Positions 41,867-51,084 are shown, numbered from the stretch's first letter. The stretch: DNA of 64,000 nucleotides from Deltaproteobacteria bacterium (GCA_003696105.1 RFGE01000087.1:3705-67704), one strand, 5' to 3'. The notes: generated from the sequence alone by a model not told the origin. A program made the numbers and translations.

Positions 41867-43966
41867 GTGTCGAACACAGGAACGCGCCAGGCGAAACGCA
41901 CGCCGGTCACGCTCAAGATCAAATTCAAGAGCGAGACCTTGGATCAATTCATCGAGCGGTACTCGGTCGATGTCAGCCACGGCGGGATCTTCATCCGCAC
42001 GCGCGACCCGCTGCCGGTGGGCACGACGCTGAAATTCGAGTTCCAGCTCAAGGACGCGTCCCCGCTGATCCGCGGCGAGGGTACCGTCGTGTGGACGCGC
42101 GAACACGACCCGTCGCGCGCGGGCGTCGCGCCCGGCATGGGCGTCCGCTTCGATCGGTTGCCGCCCGACAGCCAGGCGGTGCTCGACCAGATTCTCACGC
42201 AGAAGGCGGCGGCGTCCGGCGGTCGCGCGCGCCGGCCGTCCGACGGTGAGAAGTTCGGCGACGCCCCCACCCGCGTGGCGCCTTCGCCGCTCGTGCAGGA
42301 CCTGCAATCGGCCGCCGCGAAGGACGCGCCCGCCGGCGGCGCGCGCATCATGGGCCTGGCTCCGCCGGCAGGCGGCTTCGGCGAGGGCGAGCGCACCGAC
42401 GCGACCCCGCTGCCGACGCCGATGCCGTTCCACAGCGACGCCGACGACTTCCCGGACGAGGCGTTCGAGGAAAAGACGCGGGTCGCGTCCCTGGACCCGA
42501 AACTGCTCGCGCAAGCGGCGCGGGACGAAGCCGGAGACGACGCCGATCCGTTCTCGACGCCGTCCGATCGCGTGCCCGCGGCCGACGTGGCGCGCGCCGA
42601 GGTCGAACAGCAGCGAGCGCGCGCCGAGGCCGAGCGCAAACAGGCGGCGGAAGACGAGCTGGCGAAAAAGCGGGAGGAGAAGGCCCGCGCCGAGCGTGAA
42701 CGCGCAGCTGAACTCGAGCGCGAGGCCGAGCGCCGGGCGAAGGAGAAGGCGGAGCGCGAACAGGCGGAGGCGAAAGCGAAGGCCGAGGGCGCGAAGGCCG
42801 AGGGCGCGAAGGCCGAGGGCGCGAAGGCCGAGGGCGCGAAGGCCGAGGGCGCGAAGGCCGAGTCGCGGGCGGCGACGGCCACCGTCGATACGGCGCCGCC
42901 AGCCAGGCGGTCGTCCGGGTCGATCGTCGCGCTGGCCGTCGTGGCCGTGGCCGTGCTCGCGGTCGGCGGCTACGTCGTGCTGAACTCCAATTCCACCGGC
43001 GCGGGCGGCGCGACCGACACGGGCCGGCGTGCCACCGCGGGCGCCGCGACGCGCCCGGACGCGCCGGCAGCCGGCGCACCGACTGCCGGCGCGCCGGTTA
43101 CGGGCGGCCCGATCGTTGCGGGCACCACGGATCGCGCCGGCGACCAGGCGACCCCTGCGGTGGCCCCCGAGGTCGAGGTGGACGCCGCACCGCCGGCGGA
43201 GACCGTCGCCGTCACCCTGTCGGTCCAGCCCAAAGGCGCGACGGTCGAGTTGGTCGACGACGGCCAGCGCGGCCCGACGTTTCCGGCGCTCGAAAAGGGC
43301 CGCACGTATCGCGCGCGCGTGTCGCTGCCCGGCTACGCGGAGCAGACCATCGAATTCGTCGCCGGTGAGCCACCGCCGAAGATTGCGCTTGCGCCGTTGC
43401 CGCGCGCACTGCGCGTGACGACCGTGCCGCCGGGCGCGACGGTGTTCGTCAACGGCAAAAAGCACCCGGAGCCGACCCCGACCGTCGTACCGCTAACCGG
43501 CGGGCTGGCGCGCGCCAAGACGCTGCGAATCAGCGTCCGCAAGGCGGGGTACGTCGCGGGCAAGGCGATCGTACGCACCGACCAGGTGGTCTGGCGCCCG
43601 CGAGACGGTTCGATCGAGCACGAGCTGTCCATCGAACTGCAAGAACGCCCGGTAGTCGCTGCGGACCGCGGCGGCGCCAAGCCCGCCGGCGGCGGCGCCA
43701 AGCCCGACACCGGCGGCGGCGCCAAGCCCGCCGGCGGCGGCGCCAAGCCCGACACCGGCGGCGGCGCCAAGCCCGCCGGCGACGGCGCCAAGCCCGACAC
43801 CGGCGGCGCCAAGCCCGACACCGGCGACGGCGCCAAGCCCGACACCGGCGACGGCGCCAAGCCCGACACCGGCGACGCCAAGCCCGACACCGGCGGCGGC
43901 GCCAAGCCCGACACCGGCGACAAACGCCCGGTCGACGAGGGCCCGAAGCCCGATTGGATGAAGTAG
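41867..43966 (+). CDS. PilZ-domain protein with low-complexity repeats and PEGA-like domains
   Basis: 699 aa with a GTG start. The N-terminus carries RQAKR (RxxxR) and DVSHGG (DxSxxG) PilZ motifs. A TM segment (IVALAVVAVAVLAVGGYVVL) is present. VQPKGATVELV and TVPPGATVFVNG are PEGA-like. The tail is a GAKPDTG repeat. Confidence 0.85.
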   Translation: MSNTGTRQAKRTPVTLKIKFKSETLDQFIERYSVDVSHGGIFIRTRDPLPVGTTLKFEFQLKDASPLIRGEGTVVWTREHDPSRAGVAPGMGVRFDRLPPDSQAVLDQILTQKAAASGGRARRPSDGEKFGDAPTRVAPSPLVQDLQSAAAKDAPAGGARIMGLAPPAGGFGEGERTDATPLPTPMPFHSDADDFPDEAFEEKTRVASLDPKLLAQAARDEAGDDADPFSTPSDRVPAADVARAEVEQQRARAEAERKQAAEDELAKKREEKARAERERAAELEREAERRAKEKAEREQAEAKAKAEGAKAEGAKAEGAKAEGAKAEGAKAESRAATATVDTAPPARRSSGSIVALAVVAVAVLAVGGYVVLNSNSTGAGGATDTGRRATAGAATRPDAPAAGAPTAGAPVTGGPIVAGTTDRAGDQATPAVAPEVEVDAAPPAETVAVTLSVQPKGATVELVDDGQRGPTFPALEKGRTYRARVSLPGYAEQTIEFVAGEPPPKIALAPLPRALRVTTVPPGATVFVNGKKHPEPTPTVVPLTGGLARAKTLRISVRKAGYVAGKAIVRTDQVVWRPRDGSIEHELSIELQERPVVAADRGGAKPAGGGAKPDTGGGAKPAGGGAKPDTGGGAKPAGDGAKPDTGGAKPDTGDGAKPDTGDGAKPDTGDAKPDTGGGAKPDTGDKRPVDEGPKPDWMK
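42776..42862 (+). repeat. perfect 15-bp in-frame tandem repeat, ~5.8 copies (AKAEG)n
   Basis: gcgaaggccgagggc is repeated without mismatch at 42776, 42791, 42806, 42821 and 42836, with a partial copy at 42851. Confidence 0.95.
43669..43920 (+). repeat. degenerate 21-27-bp in-frame tandem repeats encoding G(G/D)AKP(A/D)(G/T)G units
   Basis: ggcggcgccaagcccgccggc and ggcggcgccaagcccgacaccggc units are reiterated about 11 times at the 3' end of the PilZ-PEGA gene. Confidence 0.9.
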
Positions 43967-44035
43967 GCGTACCGCGGGCGGCGGCCGCCGACCGCCCGCC
44001 GTGGCGTCGCCGCGGCTGGTCTACAATCGGTCGAC

Positions 44036-44602
44036 ATGGGTGCCCTGCAGGTGCGCGCGAGCGGCGTGTGGGCCCGCAAGCAGTGGATCGCGGAGCATCA
44101 CGGCGAGGCCGGCTACGACGTGCTCGCACGCGAGCTGTCGCCGGCGGGCCGGCTGCTGTTGCGGGAACCCATCGATCCCAAACAGTGGATCAACTACCTC
44201 TTGTTCATCGAGGTCGTCATCGCGATGGATCGCGTGTTCGGCGCGGGCGACGGGACACTCGCCATCGAACTCGGACGCGACAGCGCCCACCGGAACACGA
44301 GCACCGTGCTCAAGCCGTTCATCCGGCTCGGCTCCGTCGGGTGGGTGCTGCGGCGCGCGTCCAAAGTGTGGCGCGAGCACTTCAGCGAGGGGGCGTTCGA
44401 GGTGCGCTTCGACGAGCCCGCGCGCACCGCGGAGGGCGAGATCGTCGACTTCCCGTACCCGCACATCGTCCACACCTACACCGTGCTCGGGTTTGCGATC
44501 GGCTGTGTCGAGCTTTCGGGAGCGTCCGACGTAACCGGTCAGGTCGCGTCCTGCCGGTCGCGCGGGGCCGACCGCACGCTCCTCCGAGTGCGGTGGGCGT
44601 AA
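44036..44602 (+). CDS. DUF2378-like (myxobacterial paralogous family) protein
   Basis: 188 aa. The layout WIAEHHGEAGYDVLARELS...WINYLLFIEVVIAMDRVFG...VLGFAIGCVELSG matches my recollection of the TIGR02265/DUF2378 family. This is a moderate-confidence family call. Confidence 0.6.
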   Translation: MGALQVRASGVWARKQWIAEHHGEAGYDVLARELSPAGRLLLREPIDPKQWINYLLFIEVVIAMDRVFGAGDGTLAIELGRDSAHRNTSTVLKPFIRLGSVGWVLRRASKVWREHFSEGAFEVRFDEPARTAEGEIVDFPYPHIVHTYTVLGFAIGCVELSGASDVTGQVASCRSRGADRTLLRVRWA

Positions 44603-44623
44603 CCCGGCTGCGCGCAGCGGGCG

Positions 44624-45094
44624 TCAGTCGCGAATCTGCTCGGCGAGGTAGGCTTCGAGCCCGACCTGGTCGATCAGGTTGAGCTGCGCTTCGAGCCAGT
44701 CGGCGTGCTCCTCCTCGTCGACGAGCACGTCGTCGAGCAGGTCGCGCGTACCGTGGTCGCCCTCGGCGACGCACGCTGCGATCGCGTGGTTGAGCCGATC
44801 GATGGCGACGCGCTCGACTTCGAGGTCGAGTTCGAATTGCTCCTTGACCGTCTGGCCGACGCGCACGTTGCCGAGACGCTGTAGATTGGGCACGCCCTCG
44901 AGGTACAGGATGCGCGCGACGATCTGGTCGGCGTGCTTCATCTCGTCGATCGCCTCGGCGCGGATCTTGTGCCACAGGCGCTCGTATCCCCAGTTTTCGC
45001 ACATGCGCGCGTGAACCCAGTACTGGTTGACGGCCGTGAGTTCGGCGGTGAGGACGTCGTTGAGCAGCTCGATCACGCGTTCGGATCCCTTCAT
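44624..45094 (-). CDS. bfr: bacterioferritin
   Basis: The internal ATG gives [37 protein letters not shown]...EMKHAD...EEEHADWLE, 156 aa with di-iron ligands and a haem Met context. Confidence 0.9.
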   Translation of the reverse strand: MKGSERVIELLNDVLTAELTAVNQYWVHARMCENWGYERLWHKIRAEAIDEMKHADQIVARILYLEGVPNLQRLGNVRVGQTVKEQFELDLEVERVAIDRLNHAIAACVAEGDHGTRDLLDDVLVDEEEHADWLEAQLNLIDQVGLEAYLAEQIRD

Positions 45095-45241
45095 GGCGGG
45101 GCGACGGTAGCACAGGCCGGCCGCGGGGCACACCTGCCGGCGCGGTGCGGGGACCGACCGGCGAGCGCCACGTCCGCCGCGATTCCGCGACCGTGCGTCG
45201 CCCGCCGGCGCCAGGCCCGGCCGCGGCAGCCGGCGCGGAGG

Positions 45242-45270
45242 TTGACAGCCATCGCCGACAGCGCTAGGTT
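45242..45270 (+). promoter_or_regulatory. sigma70-like promoter for the cytochrome c-FTR1 gene
   Basis: TTGACA (45242-45247), a 17-nt spacer, then TAGGTT (45265-45270), ~30 nt upstream of the start codon. Confidence 0.5.
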
Positions 45271-45273
45271 GGC

Positions 45274-45292
45274 TTTGAAAACTATTTTCAAA
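45274..45292. promoter_or_regulatory. 19-bp AT-rich perfect palindrome (candidate metalloregulator operator)
   Basis: TTTGAAAA-CTA-TTTTCAAA lies immediately downstream of the -10 element and 5 nt before the GTG at 45297. It is an isolated AT-rich patch in GC-rich DNA between bfr and an iron permease gene. Confidence 0.5.
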
Positions 45293-45296
45293 ATCG

Positions 45297-47255
45297 GTGT
45301 TCGTCATGCGCCTTCCCCTCCACGCCCTCGCCCTCGCAGCGGCCGCCGCGTGCGCCGCGACCGCTCCCGAAGGCGCCACCACCCCGGACGTCGCCGAACG
45401 CGTCCGCCGCGTCGCCGCCATCCTCGACTATGTCGCCGCCGACTACGGCGGCGCCGTGGTCGATGGCCGTATCGCCGAGCCGGCCGAGTACGCCGAGCAG
45501 CTCGAGTTCCTCGACGACGCCGGCGCTCTGGCCGCCGCGCTGCCGCCCCCTCCGCGTTCGCGGTATGCCGTCGCCACCGACCTGGCGCGCGTTCGCGCCG
45601 AGGTCACCGCACGCGCGCCGGCCGACGAGGTGGCCGCCGTCGCGCGCGCCGCGCGCACCGCGCTGCTCGATGCATACGGGATCGTGCTGGCGCCCACCGC
45701 GCCGCCATCGCTCGACCGCGGCCGCCAGCTCTACGCGGACAACTGCGTCGCGTGCCACGGCCCGACCGGAGGCGGCGACGGTCCCCGCGCGCACGAGCTC
45801 AATCCGCCGCCCCGCAGCTTCCGCGACCCGGAGGTGATGGCGGACCTGTCGCCGGCCCGCGCGTTCAACGCGCTCACCGACGGCATCCCCGACACCGGCA
45901 TGGCGTCGTTCGGGCTGCTGCCGGCCGCCGACCGGTGGAGCCTCGCGTATTACGTGTTCACCCTGCGGCACGATCCGAGCCGCACGTCGCGAGGCGCCGA
46001 GGCGTTCGCGCGCGCCGACGGCGCGGTGGTCGCCACCGCGACGCGGCTGGCCGGCGCGACCGACGGCGAGCTGCTCGACGCGTTCGCGCGCGCGGGGCTG
46101 TCCGAGCCGGACCGCGCCGACGCGCTCGCGTACGTGCGCGCCGTCGCCGCCTATCAGTCGACCGGCGCGCCGATGGACCCGGTCCGCCAGCGCGTGCGAT
46201 CGGCCGTCGGGGCGTACGCGGCCGGCGAGCCGGCGCGCGCCCTGTCCGAACTCAGCGCCGCGTACCTCGACGCCTTCGAGCCGCACGAGGCGGCGCTGTC
46301 CGCGCGCGACCCCGACGCCGTAACGGCGGTCGAGAGCGCGTTCTTGGCCCTGCGCGGCGCGATCGAGCGCCGCGCACCGCTGGCGGACGTCGAGCAGCTC
46401 GCGCTGCGGCTCGGCGTTCGGCTCGACGCCGCCGAGGACGCGCTCGCCGGCCGCGGCGGCGGCATGGCGTTCGCCAGCGCGCTGGCGATCCTGCTGCGCG
46501 AGGGGCTCGAGGGCGCGCTGCTCGTGCTGCTGTTGCTCGGCTGGGCGCGGCGCGCCGGCGCGGGGGAGCGCGACGCGCGCGCGGTGCACGCCGGCTGGCT
46601 CGGCGCCGTCGCTCTCGGAGCGGCCACCTGGTTCGCCGCCGGATCGCTCATCGCGCGGCTCGGCGGCGCGCACCGCGAGCTCATCGAGGGCGTCGTGGCG
46701 TTGCTCGCGGCCGGCGTGCTGCTCATGGCGAGCCACTTCGTGCTCGCGCGCCTCGACGCCAGGCGGCGAGTCGCCGCGCTGCGCGCGCGACTGGACGCCG
46801 CGACGTCGACGAGCCGCCGCCGATGGGTGCTCGCGTCGCTCGCGTTCATCGCGGTCTACCGCGAGGCGTTCGAGGTCGTGCTGTTCCTGCAGGCGCTGAT
46901 GCTCGACGCGCGCGCGTCGGGCGCAGCGGTCGCCGGCGGCGCTGCCGTCGCGCTCGTCGCGCTCGTCGGGCTCGTCGCAGCCATGCGCAAACTCGGCGAC
47001 CGGCTCAAGCCCGGCCCGCTGCTCACCGCGGCCGGCGCGCTGTTGTGCGCGCTCGCGGTCGTGCTCGCCGGCAAGGGCGTGCGCTCGCTGCAGGAGGCCG
47101 GCGTCATCTCGATCGCGCCGCTGTCGCTGCCGAGATTCGACTGGATCGGCCTGTACCCCACGCTCCAGACCGTCGGAGCCCAGTTGGTCGCGCTCGTCGC
47201 GTTCGCCGCGATCGCGCTGTGGTCGGTGGCGCGGTCGCGCGCCCGCGCGGCGTAA
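45297..47255 (+). CDS. cytochrome c domain fused to FTR1-family iron permease
   Basis: 652 aa (GTG 45297, or ATG 45306 giving [16 protein letters not shown]). The haem motif is NCVACHG...M. The C-terminal polytopic domain has [11 protein letters not shown] (REGLE) and a second [10 protein letters not shown] (REAFE-type) motif. Confidence 0.85.
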   Translation: MFVMRLPLHALALAAAAACAATAPEGATTPDVAERVRRVAAILDYVAADYGGAVVDGRIAEPAEYAEQLEFLDDAGALAAALPPPPRSRYAVATDLARVRAEVTARAPADEVAAVARAARTALLDAYGIVLAPTAPPSLDRGRQLYADNCVACHGPTGGGDGPRAHELNPPPRSFRDPEVMADLSPARAFNALTDGIPDTGMASFGLLPAADRWSLAYYVFTLRHDPSRTSRGAEAFARADGAVVATATRLAGATDGELLDAFARAGLSEPDRADALAYVRAVAAYQSTGAPMDPVRQRVRSAVGAYAAGEPARALSELSAAYLDAFEPHEAALSARDPDAVTAVESAFLALRGAIERRAPLADVEQLALRLGVRLDAAEDALAGRGGGMAFASALAILLREGLEGALLVLLLLGWARRAGAGERDARAVHAGWLGAVALGAATWFAAGSLIARLGGAHRELIEGVVALLAAGVLLMASHFVLARLDARRRVAALRARLDAATSTSRRRWVLASLAFIAVYREAFEVVLFLQALMLDARASGAAVAGGAAVALVALVGLVAAMRKLGDRLKPGPLLTAAGALLCALAVVLAGKGVRSLQEAGVISIAPLSLPRFDWIGLYPTLQTVGAQLVALVAFAAIALWSVARSRARAA

Positions 47256-47260
47256 GCTCG

Positions 47261-48460
47261 CTACCGTGCCGCAGCCGGGCGGAGCCCTCCCGCAATCAGG
47301 TAGCGAACCGCGCGATCGATGCCGTCGACAGTGAGCGGAAACATCGCGAACACCGCTGCGATCGTCTCGATGGTCGTGCGCCGCCAGTAGCGCTCCGGCT
47401 CCGGGTTGAGCCATACCGCTCTGCGGAAGTGGTGCTCGATGCGCCGCAACGAATCGATCCCGGAGGTCGGGTTGTAGCGGAAATAGTACAGCGCGCCGCC
47501 CGGGTCCATCAGCTCCGCCGGATGCATCAACGCGTCGCCCACGACGACGAGTTTCTCGTCGCGCCCGTGGTGGCCCAGCAGGTCGTCGACGGACACCTCG
47601 CGGCGGAACGAGGCGTCCTCGTACACCGCGTCGTAGACGCAGTTGTGAAAGTAGTAGTGGCGAAACTGGGCGAACCGCCCGGCGCGCGACGCCGCGGTGA
47701 ACAAGCGCTCGACCAGGTGCGCGTGCGGATCCATCGAGCCGCCGACGTCCATCAACAGCACCAGCTTGACCCGGTTGCGCTTGGGCGGCCGGAACACGAG
47801 TTCCAGGTCACCGGCGTTGCGGCACGTCTCGTCGACGGTGGCGTCGATGTCGAGTTCGTCGTCGGCGCCCTCGCGCCCGAGCGTGCGCAGCCGCCGCAGC
47901 GCGAGATCGATCTGCCGGACGTCGAGCACGATGTCGCGGCGGTAGTCGCGAAACCGCCGCTCGTACGCGAGTTGCATCGCCGACCGGCCGCCCGCGCCGC
48001 TGTCGCGCACGCGAAGGCCGGTCGGGTGAGCGCCGCGATCGCCAAACGGCGACGTGCCGCCGGTGCCGATCCACCGATTGCCACCGTCGTGACGCTCGGT
48101 CTGTTCGCGCAGCCGGCGCTCGAACAGCTCCCGCAGGCCGGCGAGATCGAGCCGGTCGACCAGGCGCCGCTGCTCGGGCGTGAGCGCATCGAGCGCACGC
48201 GGATCGCGCAGCCACGCGAGCACCTGCTCCGTGACGGCCGCCGCGTCCAGCGCGAGACCGCCGAAGTACGCGGCAAATGCCAGATCGAACGCATCGTAGT
48301 GGGCGACATCCTTGACGCACAGCGTGCGCGCAAGTCGGTAGAAGCCGTCGACGGACGAGTCGTGCAACCCGAGCGCCAGCGCGCGCATCAGATCGCCCCA
48401 CTCGTGGGCGGTGACCGGCACCTTGTGGCGTCGTAGCTCGAAGAAGAAATCGATCAGCAC
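47261..48460 (-). CDS. vWA-domain protein of the CoxE type (partner of MoxR ATPase)
   Basis: 399 aa. The N-terminus [19 protein letters not shown] and a C-terminal vWA with [10 protein letters not shown] are present. The gene lies directly downstream of the MoxR-like gene. Confidence 0.75.
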   Translation of the reverse strand: MLIDFFFELRRHKVPVTAHEWGDLMRALALGLHDSSVDGFYRLARTLCVKDVAHYDAFDLAFAAYFGGLALDAAAVTEQVLAWLRDPRALDALTPEQRRLVDRLDLAGLRELFERRLREQTERHDGGNRWIGTGGTSPFGDRGAHPTGLRVRDSGAGGRSAMQLAYERRFRDYRRDIVLDVRQIDLALRRLRTLGREGADDELDIDATVDETCRNAGDLELVFRPPKRNRVKLVLLMDVGGSMDPHAHLVERLFTAASRAGRFAQFRHYYFHNCVYDAVYEDASFRREVSVDDLLGHHGRDEKLVVVGDALMHPAELMDPGGALYYFRYNPTSGIDSLRRIEHHFRRAVWLNPEPERYWRRTTIETIAAVFAMFPLTVDGIDRAVRYLIAGGLRPAAAR

Positions 48461-48500
48461 TTACGCCTCGCCATCGCGGGCCCAGCGCGCGCCGCCGCGG

Positions 48501-49349
48501 CTATGCGAGCCCGCGGCGAACGCCGCGGTCGCGAACGAGTTCGAGGTCCTGTTCGGTCTTGACCAGCGCGCCCAAAAACGGGATCCCGCCGCCGACCGAC
48601 GACAGATCCACGCCGGCTCTGCGCAGCGCGCAGATCCAGTCGATCAGCTCGCTGGTGGACGGTTTCTTGCGCAGGCGCGGCACGTCGCGCAGCCCGTAGA
48701 ACAGCTCCAGCGCCTGGTCGAGCACGCGCTGTTCGATGTCGGGGTGGTGGACGCGCACGATGTCGGCCATCAGCTCCGGCGACGGAAACTCGATGTAGTG
48801 GAACACGCAGCGGCGCAAGAATGCGTCGGGCAATTCTTTCTCGTTGTTAGATGTAATCACAACGAAAGGCCTGTGTCGGGCGCGGATGCGCTCCCCGGTC
48901 TCGGCGATATCGAACTGCATCCGGTCCAACTCGAGCAGCAGATCGTTGGGGAATTCGATGTCCGCCTTGTCGATCTCGTCGATCAGCAACACGACGCGTT
49001 CGTCGCTCGCGAGCGCCCGACCGAGCGGCCCGAGTTTGATGTAGCGCGATATGTCGCTCACGTCGCCGTCCCCAAACCGCGAGTCGTGCAATCGCTGCAC
49101 CGTGTCGTAGACGTACAGCCCATCTTGCGCCTTCGTCGTGGACTTGACGTGCCAACTGATGAGCGGCATGCCCAACGCCTCCGCAACGCTCTCGGCCAGC
49201 AGCGTCTTGCCGGTGCCCGGCTCGCCGCGCACCAGCAGCGGCCGTTCGAGTGCGAGCGCCGTATTGACCGCGGCGCGCAGGTCCTCGGACGCGATGTAGC
49301 GATCGGTGCCGGTAAACTGCTCGAAGGACATCCCCCCACTGTAGCCCAT
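48501..49349 (-). CDS. MoxR/CoxD-like AAA+ ATPase
   Basis: 282 aa. Motifs are LLVRGEPGTGKT (Walker A) and VLLIDEIDKA (Walker B), with the short MoxR layout. Confidence 0.85.
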   Translation of the reverse strand: MGYSGGMSFEQFTGTDRYIASEDLRAAVNTALALERPLLVRGEPGTGKTLLAESVAEALGMPLISWHVKSTTKAQDGLYVYDTVQRLHDSRFGDGDVSDISRYIKLGPLGRALASDERVVLLIDEIDKADIEFPNDLLLELDRMQFDIAETGERIRARHRPFVVITSNNEKELPDAFLRRCVFHYIEFPSPELMADIVRVHHPDIEQRVLDQALELFYGLRDVPRLRKKPSTSELIDWICALRRAGVDLSSVGGGIPFLGALVKTEQDLELVRDRGVRRGLA

Positions 49350-50250
49350 CGCGACCGCGGTGTTGGCATCGGCTCCGGCGGGGATCGCTCCGCGCCAGCG
49401 GCGCCGGATCGGCCTCCCGCTCGATTCAGCGTTGCGGCGCCGGCCTGTGCGGTCGCCGGCCGAACGAGCGCGCCGGGGCGCGGGCGCAACCGACTGCGCA
49501 ACCCGGCGTCAGTCCCCCACCGCGGGGGTGCGTTCCGTCCCGCTGCTGCGCGCGGCGGCCGCCCGCGCCGGCGCGGCGCGCGCGGTCGCCGCACCGGGGG
49601 CGCACGGCGGCCGGTGGCGCCGGCGCGCCGCCCGCCCGCGCCGCGCCGGGGCGCACCGCGGCGTCGGCCGGTGGCGCCCTTGCGCGTTTGCGGCGGTCCC
49701 TCCACGCGACACACCGTGCGCGACACACCGTGCGCGACGCACGCGACCCTGCGGGCCGACGCGCGCCGCTTTTATTGCAATTGCAACGCAGGACGCCCCG
49801 CGATGGACACGGCGGCGGACAGCGACCCGCGGGACGGAACGCCGCGGTCGTCCCCGGACAACCTCGCGGCTCGATCCGGGGCCCGAGGCCGTCGTCCGCC
49901 GCCCCCGATGCACGCCGGCGGCCGCCCCGCGTGGAGGTCGCCTGGCGGGGCGCGCGGCGCGGCAGGCCGCGACGGCAGCGCGGGTCGAGCGCGAGGCGCG
50001 CGCCGGCTCCCGTCCGCCGGCCGCGCCAGGTTCCCGCACGCGCAAAGACGCGCGCGCCCCGGTGGGGCCCGGCACCACGACGCCGACAGGTGCCCCGCAC
50101 GTGCAAAGACGCGCGTCCGGGCGGCGTGGGAATGCGACCGCCGCGCCCGGTACAATGTTTCTTTTTTGATCCGAATTAGTTAAATTATGTATTATTGTTT
50201 CCTATCTCGAACAGCTCGCGACGCTCGTCGCCGTCGTCGACGCGCGCGGC

Positions 50251-51084
50251 GTGACCGCCGCCGCGCGCCGGCTCGGCGTCGCCAAGTCGACCGTGTCGAA
50301 ACATCTGGCGGCGCTGGAGGACCGGCTGGGCGCGCAGCTCGTCGACCGCAGCACCCGCCGAGTCACGCCGACGCCGGCGGGGCGCGCGGTCTACGAAGCC
50401 GCCGCGCGGGCGATCGCGCTGGCGCGCGAAGCCGAGCGCCGAGCCGCCCTGGATCTGGAGGAGCCGGTCGCCGGGCGGCTGCGGGTGGCCGCCCCCGCGT
50501 CGTTCGGCCGCGCGGTCGTGGCGGACGCGGTCGGGGACCTGCTCGCCTTCCACCCGGACGTCGCGGTCGAGGTCGACTGGATCGATCGGCCGGTCGACCC
50601 GATCGCGGAGGGCTACGACGTGGCGATTCGAGTCGGCCGGTCGCCGCGTCCGCCGCTCGCCGGCCTGCGGCTCGCTCCCGTTCGGCTGTCGGCCGTCGCG
50701 TCGCCGGCGTATCTCGACGCGCACGGCCGCCCGCGCACGCCAGCCGATCTCGGCGCGCACGCGCTGTTGTGCCAGCCGGCGCACGCGCGCGCGTGGCCGT
50801 TCGTCGGCCCGGACGGGGCGTACTCGGTCCGCGTCCGGCCACGCCTGTGCGCCAGCGACGCCGACGTGGTCGTCACCGCCGCCGTCGATGGACTCGGCGT
50901 GGCGCTCGTGCCCGACTTCGCGGCCGCCCGCGACCTGGCGGCCGGTCGCCTCGAGTCGGTGCTGAGCGACGCATGCGCGCCGCTCGGCTCGGCGTGGGCC
51001 GTGCGGCCCGAGCGGCGGCCGCTGTCGCCCGCCGCCGCGGCGTTTCTCGAGCTGGTCCGCAACGCAGTCACCGCGTCGCGCTAG
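50251..51084 (+). CDS. LysR-family transcriptional regulator (5' end unresolved)
   Basis: The HTH is TAAARRLGVAKSTVSKHLAALEDRLG, followed by a LysR substrate-binding domain. Homology clearly continues upstream in frame (YLEQLATLVAVVDARG, from ~50203), but that frame has no ATG, GTG or TTG between the TGA at 50167 and the GTG at 50251. Confidence 0.75.
   Translation: MTAAARRLGVAKSTVSKHLAALEDRLGAQLVDRSTRRVTPTPAGRAVYEAAARAIALAREAERRAALDLEEPVAGRLRVAAPASFGRAVVADAVGDLLAFHPDVAVEVDWIDRPVDPIAEGYDVAIRVGRSPRPPLAGLRLAPVRLSAVASPAYLDAHGRPRTPADLGAHALLCQPAHARAWPFVGPDGAYSVRVRPRLCASDADVVVTAAVDGLGVALVPDFAAARDLAAGRLESVLSDACAPLGSAWAVRPERRPLSPAAAAFLELVRNAVTASR

Noticed and set aside
42776-42862. 15-bp perfect repeats, and the 35-bp repeats at 33323-33392, as possible CRISPR arrays
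   Set aside because: The units are directly adjacent with no spacers. The repeats are too short or too few in number. One set is in frame inside a gene and the other has only two copies. No cas genes are present.
44933-48436. 1167-aa plus-strand ORF
   Set aside because: It is antisense to bfr, out of frame with the cytochrome c-FTR1 gene and antisense to the CoxE-like gene. Its composition is dominated by Arg/Ala/Gly/Pro and it has no motifs.
49360-50183. ORFs of 127-269 aa in all frames of the 49.35-50.19 kb gap
   Set aside because: All are Arg/Pro/Ala/Gly strings without motifs, signal peptides or plausible starts. I treated the region as non-coding (see findings).
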